Assembly: GCA_963662275.1 (NCBI GenBank)
Contig: OY759316.1
Coordinates: forward strand, 3,488,001-3,552,000
DNA from: Candidatus Cloacimonadales bacterium
GTDB lineage: Bacteria > Cloacimonadota > Cloacimonadia > Cloacimonadales > DAONDQ01
DNA length: 64,000 nucleotides
Reading direction: 5' to 3'
The translations under genes were made by a program, and so were the position numbers. How positions within the stretch are numbered: position 1 is the first letter of the stretch; each line of letters opens with the position of its first letter. Shown piece after piece: positions 51,605 to 61,177 of this stretch. Under the pieces are notes generated by a model. It had not been told where the DNA came from. It saw nothing but the letters and a program-made list of their open reading frames with translations, and made no database searches.

Positions 51605-52852
51605 TTAGGTTTTTAATTTCTTTTTCTCCGCTGCTGGGAAAAGAACATTATTCAGTATCAATCTATATCCTGGAGAATTTTTATGCAGATCTAACACTGT
51701 CTCTGGATCACCGACCTTATGTTGATAATCTTCAGGATCATGTCCACCATAAAAAGTGAATGTACCCTTTCCTATATTACCATGAATGTACTTGACTTCA
51801 TCTGCACCAGGTACTTCAGCTAAAATTATCACACTTTTTTTCACATATGGCTTCCTGAAAGTCGTCGTCTGACCCAGGAATCCATTGATCATATTGATAT
51901 GGCACTGCGTTAACATGGTAGGAACAGGATCATATTTCGCAGAAAAATCAAATAGTTGGAAATAATCTGCTTCCGCTCCTCTCAATTCTGCATAATCACT
52001 ACCGTCTATATCCGAAAACTCATATTCATAGGGATTTGTCCGAAGATCAAAGTTCTCAAAAGCAAATGTGCGGGAATAATCCAGCTTTGCTTTATAATTA
52101 GGATCAATGCCATCTCCATCAAAAACAGCATCGCATATATCAACATTATGTGCTGCCAAAGCAATATCAAAAGTATCTGTGGCGGCACACATGGCAAATA
52201 AAAAACCACCATTTTCTACAAAAGCTCTGATTTTCTCAGCCACAGCCTGTTTCAATTGCCAAACTTTAGGGTAACCTAAGCGACTTGCCATTTCTTCATT
52301 GATTCGGACATCATTCTGATACCAGGCAACACTGCGGAATGAACTATAAAACTTTCCAAACTGACCTGTGAAATCTTCGTGATGCAGATGAATCCAATCG
52401 TAATCGTTTAGTTTTCCGGACATCACCTCTTCATCCCAAATCTTATCATATTTGATATCGGCATAAGTCAAAGCTAAAGTCACAGCATCATCCCAAGGTT
52501 GCAGATTCGGAGGCGTATAGACAGCTATTCTCGGTTCCTTTTCCAGAACGATAGCGTCCATATTACCTTGCTGCATTTCATCCAGGATAGCAGCAACTCC
52601 GGAAGTGGAGACTATTTCAAAACGAACTCCCTTCACATTGCATTGTCCTTCAGTATCTCCGTTTTCGGGAATGAGAAATGAACCACCTCTATAATTCAGC
52701 AGCCACCTGACCTGTAACTGATCCTGGAGTGCCTTAAAGGCAACACCATATGCCTTTAGATGGTCTGTTTGAGTCATATCCATTGGGATCAATATCTCAG
52801 ACCAGGCAAATATAGGCAGCACAAGTACCAATAATAATATAAGATAACGCAT
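51605..52852 (-). CDS. Conserved secreted protein with glutamine amidotransferase-like motif (FCB family often labelled 'asparagine synthetase B')
   Basis: ILIPMD..QTDHLKAYG, WLLNYRGGSF, HLHHEDFTGQ, GGFLFAMC, GHDPEDYQH, SPGYRLILNN. Confidence 0.7.
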   Translation of the reverse strand: MRYLILLLVLVLPIFAWSEILIPMDMTQTDHLKAYGVAFKALQDQLQVRWLLNYRGGSFLIPENGDTEGQCNVKGVRFEIVSTSGVAAILDEMQQGNMDAIVLEKEPRIAVYTPPNLQPWDDAVTLALTYADIKYDKIWDEEVMSGKLNDYDWIHLHHEDFTGQFGKFYSSFRSVAWYQNDVRINEEMASRLGYPKVWQLKQAVAEKIRAFVENGGFLFAMCAATDTFDIALAAHNVDICDAVFDGDGIDPNYKAKLDYSRTFAFENFDLRTNPYEYEFSDIDGSDYAELRGAEADYFQLFDFSAKYDPVPTMLTQCHINMINGFLGQTTTFRKPYVKKSVIILAEVPGADEVKYIHGNIGKGTFTFYGGHDPEDYQHKVGDPETVLDLHKNSPGYRLILNNVLFPAAEKKKLKT

Positions 52853-52958
52853 TTTTTGTTATTCTCCACCGTTGAATATTAAAGACAACTCTTTATCTTC
52901 AATACTGCAACTAACTTTATACTGAATGAAGTGTGCGATTTGCATTCCATTCTTGTAA

Positions 52959-54086
52959 TTACATGAATTCATTCAAGATTTCATTAGAAATGAAATATGC
53001 ATCAGGACTTATTTTTACTGAATCTTGATGAATCAACAGCAGATTCATTTTTGCATATTTGTCAATAACCTGTTTGTATTTCTGCATGAAATCACTGCTA
53101 AATCTTGCATGATAAATTGAAAGATCAATACCTGTTGCCTTACGCAAATTCATGAAGATATATTCCTTCTCCAAATCAGCAGGTTTTTCTTCTATTCCTC
53201 CAGGAAAGATTGTTTTTGATACAACATCGTATTCGTATTTATCCATATCTTCATCATTTTGATAACGAACGCCATCAATGAAACCTGCTGCCCCCGCGCC
53301 TAATCCCAAATATTCATTCCCATCCCAATAAGCAAGATTATGCTTGGATTCAAATCCGCTTTTCCCAAAGTTCGATATCTCATAATGAACATAACCATTA
53401 TCCATCAGTGATTTCCGAATTAAATCATAGATATCTGCTACCTGGTCTTCATCTAGAGCTTTCACACCGTTTTCATAAAAGGCTGTCTTATCTTCAATAC
53501 TTAGACAATAAGTAGAGATATGTTCTGGTTTCAAAGTGAGCATTGATTCAAGAGAAACCTGCACTTCTTCAGTCGTTTGATTAGGAAGACCATACATCAT
53601 GTCGAGAGAAATGTTATGATAACCATAATCTCGCAACAGTTGGACTTTTGGACTGATTTGTGTAGATGTGTGTCTTCTTCCCAGGAACTTCAATTCCGTA
53701 TCCACAAAAGACTGCACACCAAGACTGATCCGATTTACTGATGTTTTAACTAAAGCTTTCAAGTAACTCTCAGTAACTGTTATAGGGTTCATTTCAAGCG
53801 TGACTTCTTCACATTCTGAAAGATCAAAACACGCTAAGATTTTCTGAATATCATGAGGATTTAGTAAAGAGGGTGTTCCACCACCAAAATATATTGTTTT
53901 AGGTACAAGATTCAATATATCCTGGTATAGCTTGGTTTCCTTATGAAGAATATCTAAATAATTCCTTACTTTTTCAGAATGATACGGTACTGAATAGAAA
54001 GAACAATAACCACATTTCGTCAGACAAAAAGGAATATGCAGATAGATATGCTGAATTAATGTACGAGACGGAATACTCGATCCCAA
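52959..54086 (-). CDS. hemW: Radical SAM heme chaperone HemW (HemN-like)
   Basis: YLHIPFCLTKCGYCSF, TIYFGGGTPS, NRISLGVQS, HYEISNF, HNLAYW; TTG start with GGGAG RBS. Confidence 0.9.
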   Translation of the reverse strand: MGSSIPSRTLIQHIYLHIPFCLTKCGYCSFYSVPYHSEKVRNYLDILHKETKLYQDILNLVPKTIYFGGGTPSLLNPHDIQKILACFDLSECEEVTLEMNPITVTESYLKALVKTSVNRISLGVQSFVDTELKFLGRRHTSTQISPKVQLLRDYGYHNISLDMMYGLPNQTTEEVQVSLESMLTLKPEHISTYCLSIEDKTAFYENGVKALDEDQVADIYDLIRKSLMDNGYVHYEISNFGKSGFESKHNLAYWDGNEYLGLGAGAAGFIDGVRYQNDEDMDKYEYDVVSKTIFPGGIEEKPADLEKEYIFMNLRKATGIDLSIYHARFSSDFMQKYKQVIDKYAKMNLLLIHQDSVKISPDAYFISNEILNEFM

Positions 54087-54859
54087 CGATATTCTCCCGA
54101 TAACTGGTCACGTGACCAGAAAATAACGGCGGGAGTACCCGTAATATCCTTCCGATCAAGAAATCCCCAGTATCTGCTATCTGCGCTAACATCACGATTA
54201 TCACCCATAACAAAATACTTTCCTGCTGGTACTTTCACAGGTCCAAACCAATCCCGATTCATCATGAAATGATCTGGTGTTGCCCAGCCATCTTTATTAT
54301 CTGTCCAATAATCCCGTATATCTGGAACGATATCTTCCAGTACCATTTTCTGTGGATCTATATATTGTTCGTATGTGTGTTGAAAGACTTTACCATTAAT
54401 ATAAACGACCTTATCACGTAATTCTACAACATCTCCCGGCATCCCAATCACACGTTTTACGACATTCTTCTTGGAATAATAGGTAAGGTGGAACAAAGTA
54501 AGATGAGAAGGATCGCCACTGGCAAATTCTTCTTTGTTCCAGTAGATTGGCGGTAATATTTTAATGAAATCCTCACGGGGTTCCGGTTCTATAGGATCAG
54601 CGGGATAGCGGAATGTGATGATTTCTTCTTGCTTAGGATCAGTAAAAAAGTATTTCACCTTGTTTGCCACAAGGTAATCGCCAATCAGCAGTGTGCTTTC
54701 CATAGACGAAGAAGGTATCTTGAAATTTTGAAATGTATAATTGCGAATGATCATAGCTACAACGAAAGCAAAGAGAATCGCTTCTATCCAATCCTGTAAC
54801 CATGGCTTTTTTCGCTTTATTACTCTTGTTTTTTTTTCCGTGGGTTTCTGTTGTCTCAC
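54056..54859 (-). CDS. lepB: Signal peptidase I
   Basis: IPSSSMESTLLIGD, VKRVIGMPGD, FVMGDNRDVSADSRYWG. Confidence 0.93.
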   Translation of the reverse strand: MRQQKPTEKKTRVIKRKKPWLQDWIEAILFAFVVAMIIRNYTFQNFKIPSSSMESTLLIGDYLVANKVKYFFTDPKQEEIITFRYPADPIEPEPREDFIKILPPIYWNKEEFASGDPSHLTLFHLTYYSKKNVVKRVIGMPGDVVELRDKVVYINGKVFQHTYEQYIDPQKMVLEDIVPDIRDYWTDNKDGWATPDHFMMNRDWFGPVKVPAGKYFVMGDNRDVSADSRYWGFLDRKDITGTPAVIFWSRDQLSGEYRWDRVFRLVH

Positions 54860-54974
54860 TTATTTCTCCCATAGCTAACTCTTTCTTATATATCTAAATA
54901 AAATACACGTCTTTGTTTATGAACAGAAATGAGGTGTCAAGGAAAAAGGTGTGCAGAAGCTGATAGCTTATAGG

Positions 54975-56835
54975 GAGACTGTTCAAAATTAACCTCCATT
55001 TTACGCAGCCTTATTGGTAGTGACAGAGAAAAAGTGGTCTAAGTGCGACCAATCCACATTTTCTTGACATATGCGGGAGATACTTAAACTTGCTAAAAGT
55101 GATTCCTGACGCATGATTGGTTGACCTTTATCGACCAGTTCTTTGAACCAAAGCGAAAACACAAGGTTGCGGGTGGTTTCTTCAGATTTTAGTCCAAATC
55201 TACCGGATGTCACCTTCTTGATTTTGCGGTTCCAGCGTTCAGAGACATTGGAAGTCAAACCTTTGCTGAGGTGTCTCCAATCACTAATGATATTGCTTTT
55301 GATGTATTCGGCGGCGGTTGGGGGAGTAATAGCTGTCAGGCTTGCGATACCCTTTTTCCTTCCGCCCGCCGTTTCTCTTCGGAAAGCTTTCATAATCCTC
55401 TTCTTAAAGAACTTGTCCCTGTCTTCAGGGAGATGACATTGACTGATTCTTTTGAAGAGATTTCGTATCTTATGGAACTTACAGAGTTGGTAATGGACTT
55501 TTGGAAACACTGTTTTTCTTGCAACTGCTAACGATTTACTGCCATCACTGACAATCAGGGTTGGATCTTTCCTGTAGAGCTGTCTGAAGGTTCTGAAACA
55601 TGCTTCGAATGATTCTTTCTTTGTGTCAGGATACAACTCACAAAACAGAGGGATGTGAGTCACAAAATCAACAATACTGATGACATAGTACGGAATACCT
55701 TTGATCTTCACATATTTCTCATCAATGCTGATCTTTCCGCTCCACTTACCGATTGAGTTCAGAATCAGGCTCTGCAGGTCAGCGATTTCATGCCAGAGAT
55801 TTGAGACTGTAGCTTTACAGGTGTTGAGCAGCAAAGCTATCGTCTCGAAGTTCATACCGCTTCCAACCAGGTAATGTACCAGCAGACACAGGTTCTTGCG
55901 TTCCAGACTATGGAACGGCTTTGCATCGGCGGTTCTATGGGATGTATTGCCTTTAGCAGTCTTCATTTGTTCCAGGAGTCTGTCACAGATAACAGGTGTA
56001 TTCTGCTGACCGGCAAGCAGTTTCAGCAGATGTACAGCATCACCGCCTACTGTCTTTTTCAGAAGAAGCTTCTGAGCTTGCTTAACTACAGACAGAGAAT
56101 TGACCTGAGAAGCATATTTGCAGAAAGTGGTATAGGACATTTTAAAATCATGATGGCTGATGAACTCCTGATACATGACATTTAAAGGTAAAAGCAGGTT
56201 ATTGATAACAAAATTCTCGATCTGAGGAATACACTCCAGCAGGTCAACTTTCCGGCTTAAATATGCCAGGATATCATGACCATGCTGCTCAAACTCTTGC
56301 CAGAAATTATGTACATTCCTGCGGTCTGCGTAGTTAAACAGATCAGCTATTTGCTGAAGTGTAAGGAGGTTGTCTCCGCCTATTCCTACTAATAAGCGTA
56401 GAAACGCTATTAAGAACTTGTGGTTTGATGTTGTCTCAGGCAAAGTGAATGAAAATGGTACGTTAATACTTACATGGTATTGGTTACTTTCATGACTAAC
56501 ACTTACCGCTTCTTGAATTGGAGTGTTTTTTTGTCATAATATCCTCCCTTTTGTTACCAGGTAACAAATGCCATTGAAGCTATAGCAAAAAACTTGTAAA
56601 GAACTATTTTATATGATTTTAACTACACATTTAGTCAGAAACGGCTTCGAAACATTACTTATAATCGCGTGTTTTTCAATTTTAGTCAAAAAGCTTAACT
56701 TGTGATTTGGTGTCCTTAGCAGAGCTTATCTGTCAATTCTGGAAGGTATGTTAAATTATGACCGTTTCGACCACTTTTTTCAACTTGCTACTTTCTAACT
56801 TATTGAATATTATGAATAACTTCATGAACAGTCTC
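54975..56835 (-). mobile_element. IS256/Mutator-like (p-MULT) insertion sequence
   Basis: TIR GAGACTGTTCA at both ends; exact 8-bp TSD CTTATAGG at 54967-54974 and 56836-56843. Confidence 0.85.
55001..56537 (-). CDS. DDE transposase (Mutator/IS256-like); RBS-preceded ATG is out of frame across an A7 run
   Basis: ISIDEKY, IVSDG, QLCKFH (CxxH), TSNVSERWN; main frame open 56533-55001. Confidence 0.78.
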
Positions 56836-57259
56836 CTTATAGGTAACGGTAGCAACCAGGCTGAGAAAAAGGGAGAAGACCTAAGTGAGATTAATCTTGA
56901 AACAAGTATAAATCAAATATTTATACCAAAGAACCTTGTATTCATTTATTAGATTGTGATTAGCTGATCTGGTAAAAATTCATTTCGAAATTCAAAATTA
57001 TCTTGACTTTTTTTATCAAAATAAATATTTATTAATCTATTAGAACAAACAGTTATCAAGCATGGAGGTACATTAGTGGAACAAACAAAATTGATTCGTT
57101 TATTTTGTATGGTTGAATTGTCTCGTTTATGCTTATATCATGATTCTCAAGCCTAACAATACCGATGGTACTTTCTCACTATTATAGCTTTATATAATTT
57201 CTACCTTAATTATTCATGCGAAGAGCTTCTTAACCTATTTCCCCAAGGAGGAAAAAGAT

Positions 57260-58708
57260 ATGAAAATAACGATGCTTATTTTTCTACTTTGTTTGACGGT
57301 AGGTTGCTTTGCCCAGACAAGTTTTGCTGTCTCAACAACTGACACAATCCTTGATAATGTAAAACCTACCCTAACGCTTTCATCTCCTATAGGTGGTGAA
57401 TCCTGGTACACATCTATTCCGAATACTATTACGTGGACAGCTAGTGACTTGAACTTTGGGGCTTACCCCATCCGGCTGGAATACAGCCTGAACGGTGGAA
57501 TCGATTACATTACAATTGTAGATTCAACCGAGAATGATAGCATTCACACATGGCAAATTCCAGCAGTTTCGAGTACAAATACCAGAGTTAAGATTAAAGC
57601 TACAGATATTTTTGGTAACAGTGAGACGAAATCCTCACCAAGCGCTTTCTTCATTAATTTGCCTGATACTTGGGTGCTTGAGTTTGAGCCTCCCGTACTG
57701 CCAGCAGCTAATTACGAAATATCGATTATCCCTGGGGAAAGTGCACCTGAGGTCAGAGCTTCATTTGCTCCGAGCATTACAGAAAGCATTGGGGCAACTA
57801 TCACAGCAACCTATTCTACTAATCTGAATATCCTTTCTGGTAATTTCCCTAATCCTGCCCATCTTGGAGCATATTGGTGTTTCACTTTTTCGGTTCCGAA
57901 TGTACTTACGTCGGGAAGTTATTTCGATATACAGATGCCTATGCAACCATACCAGCTCTGGTATCGCTACAACAATGGCAATTGGCTGTTAATCCCAGGG
58001 TACGACAAAAATGTATTTAGTGCCCCTAATTACACGTATCGTGTTAATCTTCTCGACTTAATCTTTACCAAAGGAGTTGGTGATCTTGAATTTGCCGGTG
58101 ATACTGGTGAAGACGAAGACCTTCCCGTGGAACTTAGTTCTTTTACTGCAGTTACAACTGCTGATTGTTTTGTAAATTTAACCTGGGTTACTGAATCAGA
58201 GACGCAAGTATCGGGCTATAATGTCTATCGCTCGGAAACTTGTATTCTGCGTGATGCCATACGGTTAAATTCAATTCTTGTGTCTGCCACAAACACCTCT
58301 GAACAGCATAGTTATACGATACTGGACAATGAAGTTGTGATCAATTCCCACTATTACTATTGGCTGGAAAGCGTTGAATTAAATGCCAGCAATACTATGC
58401 ACGGACCAGTGAGTGTTAATGTGATCGGTAATACTACACCCATAATTTATGTGTCTCTCATGAATAGTGCTTTTCCAAATCCCTTCCGTACTGCTGGTTG
58501 CACCAACATCAATGTTTCCATTAAAACAGGTGAAACCGGTACTGTAACTATCTACAATATCCTGGGACAAACAGTTAAAACCTTCCCCCTTGCTGCCGGT
58601 AAACACACCCTGGCTTGGGATGGCAAAGGAAGCAGCAGCGGAATTTATTTCTATAAACTCAGCACGCCTTCTGTAAGTATGACAAAGAAACTGGTCCTGC
58701 TTAAGTAG
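57260..58708 (+). CDS. Secreted protein with Ig-like domain and C-terminal sorting domain
   Basis: Signal peptide, RBS AAGGAGG; LSSPIGGESW..ITW; LPVELSSFTA; FPNPF...IYNILGQTV...SSGIYFYKL...KKLVLLK. Confidence 0.8.
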   Translation: MKITMLIFLLCLTVGCFAQTSFAVSTTDTILDNVKPTLTLSSPIGGESWYTSIPNTITWTASDLNFGAYPIRLEYSLNGGIDYITIVDSTENDSIHTWQIPAVSSTNTRVKIKATDIFGNSETKSSPSAFFINLPDTWVLEFEPPVLPAANYEISIIPGESAPEVRASFAPSITESIGATITATYSTNLNILSGNFPNPAHLGAYWCFTFSVPNVLTSGSYFDIQMPMQPYQLWYRYNNGNWLLIPGYDKNVFSAPNYTYRVNLLDLIFTKGVGDLEFAGDTGEDEDLPVELSSFTAVTTADCFVNLTWVTESETQVSGYNVYRSETCILRDAIRLNSILVSATNTSEQHSYTILDNEVVINSHYYYWLESVELNASNTMHGPVSVNVIGNTTPIIYVSLMNSAFPNPFRTAGCTNINVSIKTGETGTVTIYNILGQTVKTFPLAAGKHTLAWDGKGSSSGIYFYKLSTPSVSMTKKLVLLK

Positions 58709-58730
58709 TAAAGGGATAAGGAGAAAAATA

Positions 58731-60665
58731 ATGAAACAGCTAATTTTTATCATATGCTTGCTCTTAATCGCCGTTTTTGTTTATGCATTTCCCCCTGTAG
58801 TTTCCAATGTTGTTATGATTCAGTCAGATCATCCATGTGGTACATACGAATTTGGTGCGACAATCTTCTATAATCTAGCAGATGAGTTTGGGCATACCAG
58901 CTACATTTCTGTTGTTATCTCTGAGGATTCCGGTCAAACTTGGACAATAACACCCACACTTGCATTTTTAAGCGGTGATATCCGCTCAGGAGTACATCGT
59001 GGCGTAAACAAAGCCATTTACTGGGATATCTCAAATGAATATCAAAGATTTTATGGACACAATTATAGAGCCAAAGTGACTGTTGTTGACGAGACACCGG
59101 AGGCACCTATACCATCGAACTTCGTCTTTGTGGATGGTGGAACTTTCAATAACGGCACTTCAGATGTGACTTTGAGCAGTTTTTATCTGGATAAATACGA
59201 ACTTACTCAATCAGCTTATTCTGATGTGATGTTAAATAATCCATCCGATTTCTCAAATGTTATAAATGGTCCTGTTGAGAAAATCAACTGGTTCGAAGCA
59301 ATTGAATATTGCAACAGGCGCAGCATGAAGGAAGGTTTTACTCCCTGCTACAGTTATAGCACAGATGCTCATGGCAATTATGGAACAAATCCTAATAATT
59401 GGCCTGAAGGGTGGAATACTGATTTTCATAACCACACAAACGTATCATGCAGTTGGACTGCCAATGGTTACCGGCTTCCAACTGAAATGGAATGGATGTT
59501 TGCAGCTCAGGGTGGAAATCAGCCGCATAATTATACTTATAGTGGTAGTGATGACATCAACTCTGTGGCTTGGTATATTGAGAATGGTTATTCTGGCTAT
59601 ACGACTCATGCAGTTGGAGGAAAACTACCCAATGAGCTTGGTTTGTATGATATGAGCGGTAATGTTTGGGAATTGTGCTGGGATAATTTTGTTGATGGTT
59701 ATTATCCCCCCGGACCCCAGACCAACCCTACAGGTGTTCTTCCTTCATCATCAACTTACTATCCACCCTACCATGTGCTGCGTGGTGGTAGCTGTGATAC
59801 GTATGCTATTAGTTGCGCAACTTCGTATCGGTGGAGACAACGCGCAACCGATCACTTCTGGAATACGTGTGTAGGCTTCCGAGTTTGCAGAACAGCGAAT
59901 GAATTTGTTCTCGTTGATGGCGGCACATTTAATAATGGCACATCCAATGTGACAGTATCACCCTTTTATCTTGCTAAATCAGAACTTACACAGTCTGCTT
60001 TTAATAACGTGATGGAGTATAATCCATCCGGTTTTACAAATGTGTGCAATGGACCTGTGGAAAGTGTCTCCTGGTGCGAAGCAATTAAATATTGCAACCA
60101 GCGCAGCCGGTTGGAAGGTTTGACACCCTGCTATAGTTTATATGGTTCTACAGATCCTGAGACATGGCAGGAATGGCAGCAATATCCAGGTGAAATGCCC
60201 GTTTATATGCCATATGATGGTTATATAGAATGTGATTGGTCTGCAAATGGATATCGGCTTCCCACTGAAGCGGAATGGGAATTTGCTGCTCGAGGCGGGA
60301 ATCATTCCTATAGCACCGATTATAGCGGTAGTAACACGATTAATAATGTAGCCTGGTACACGTCGAATTCAGGGAGTAAGACTCATACAGTTGGCACCAA
60401 TGGCTCGAATGAGCTTGGTATTTATGACATGAGTGGTAACGTATATGAATGGTGCTGGGATGCTGAAGGAGATTATCCAGGTGGAGATATTACAGATCCA
60501 CATGGACCAATTATTTGGTCAGACAGTTCCTTCCGTGCACTGCGCGGTGGTGGATGGAATTCCTACGATGAATATTGTAAAGTTGGGTTTCGTAACTTTT
60601 ATAATGCATCTACATTGGTAAAAGAAACTAGCTATGGATTCCGCTTATGCAGGAATGCGCCTTAA
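58731..60665 (+). CDS. Secreted protein with two tandem FGE-sulfatase (SUMF1/C-type lectin fold) domains
   Basis: Twice F.LVDGGTFNNG...GYRLPTE.EW.FAA.GG...NELG.YDMSGNV.E.CWD...RGG...GFR.CR. Confidence 0.88.
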   Translation: MKQLIFIICLLLIAVFVYAFPPVVSNVVMIQSDHPCGTYEFGATIFYNLADEFGHTSYISVVISEDSGQTWTITPTLAFLSGDIRSGVHRGVNKAIYWDISNEYQRFYGHNYRAKVTVVDETPEAPIPSNFVFVDGGTFNNGTSDVTLSSFYLDKYELTQSAYSDVMLNNPSDFSNVINGPVEKINWFEAIEYCNRRSMKEGFTPCYSYSTDAHGNYGTNPNNWPEGWNTDFHNHTNVSCSWTANGYRLPTEMEWMFAAQGGNQPHNYTYSGSDDINSVAWYIENGYSGYTTHAVGGKLPNELGLYDMSGNVWELCWDNFVDGYYPPGPQTNPTGVLPSSSTYYPPYHVLRGGSCDTYAISCATSYRWRQRATDHFWNTCVGFRVCRTANEFVLVDGGTFNNGTSNVTVSPFYLAKSELTQSAFNNVMEYNPSGFTNVCNGPVESVSWCEAIKYCNQRSRLEGLTPCYSLYGSTDPETWQEWQQYPGEMPVYMPYDGYIECDWSANGYRLPTEAEWEFAARGGNHSYSTDYSGSNTINNVAWYTSNSGSKTHTVGTNGSNELGIYDMSGNVYEWCWDAEGDYPGGDITDPHGPIIWSDSSFRALRGGGWNSYDEYCKVGFRNFYNASTLVKETSYGFRLCRNAP

Positions 60666-60727
60666 ATTTGATTGATTGCTATTCGTTCTGAGCCTTGTTG
60701 TTCAGTTTTAGTTTTTAAAACATTTTT

Positions 60728-60756
60728 GGGGTTGCAGTAGTAAAATGCTGCACCCC
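60728..60756 (+). terminator. Hairpin downstream of FGE gene, probable terminator
   Basis: GGGGTTGCAG...CTGCACCCC stem; weak U-tail. Confidence 0.45.
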
Positions 60757-60949
60757 TTGGAATTTATATGAAAGCTAAGATTCTGGAGTTCATATGCCCA
60801 AACTGATCATTATTGAACATCAGGCTAATAGGGCATGTGGACTTCAGAACCGACCTTTCATCCTCGGCAGCGAAAACCCGTTTTCAGTTAATTTCAATTG
60901 CCTGACTAATTAGCAATGGGTGCACATCTTGAACATCTTTAATTATGCC

Positions 60950-61051
60950 AGTTTCATACTAAGTTCATTCCTGTTTCATACCAGATTCATTCCTGTTTCG
61001 CGAAATTGGAATGGAATATGTTTGGAGTTGGTTCGGGTTAGTTATGAATCT
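60950..61051. repeat. Inverted 11-bp-period array centred on TTTCGCGAAA
   Basis: AGTTTCATACT AAGTTCATTCC TGTTTCATACC AGATTCATTCC, then degenerate complements GGAATGGAATA...GTTATGAATCT. Confidence 0.6.
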
Positions 61052-61177
61052 TGTATACTCCTAGAGGAATAATACTGGTTTTAAAGACGATAGAAAAGAA
61101 AAGCTTCTGCTATTTTACTTGTTTTAGAAGAACTTACGGATATTATATTAGTATGTATTTGAATGGAGTTGTAAAAG

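Noticed and set aside
56758..56952. 64-aa ORF spanning the IS end
   Set aside because: Crosses the IS terminus and TSD, low complexity, no RBS
60766..60948. Possible minus-strand gene remnant
   Set aside because: All frames are interrupted and no motif was recognisable
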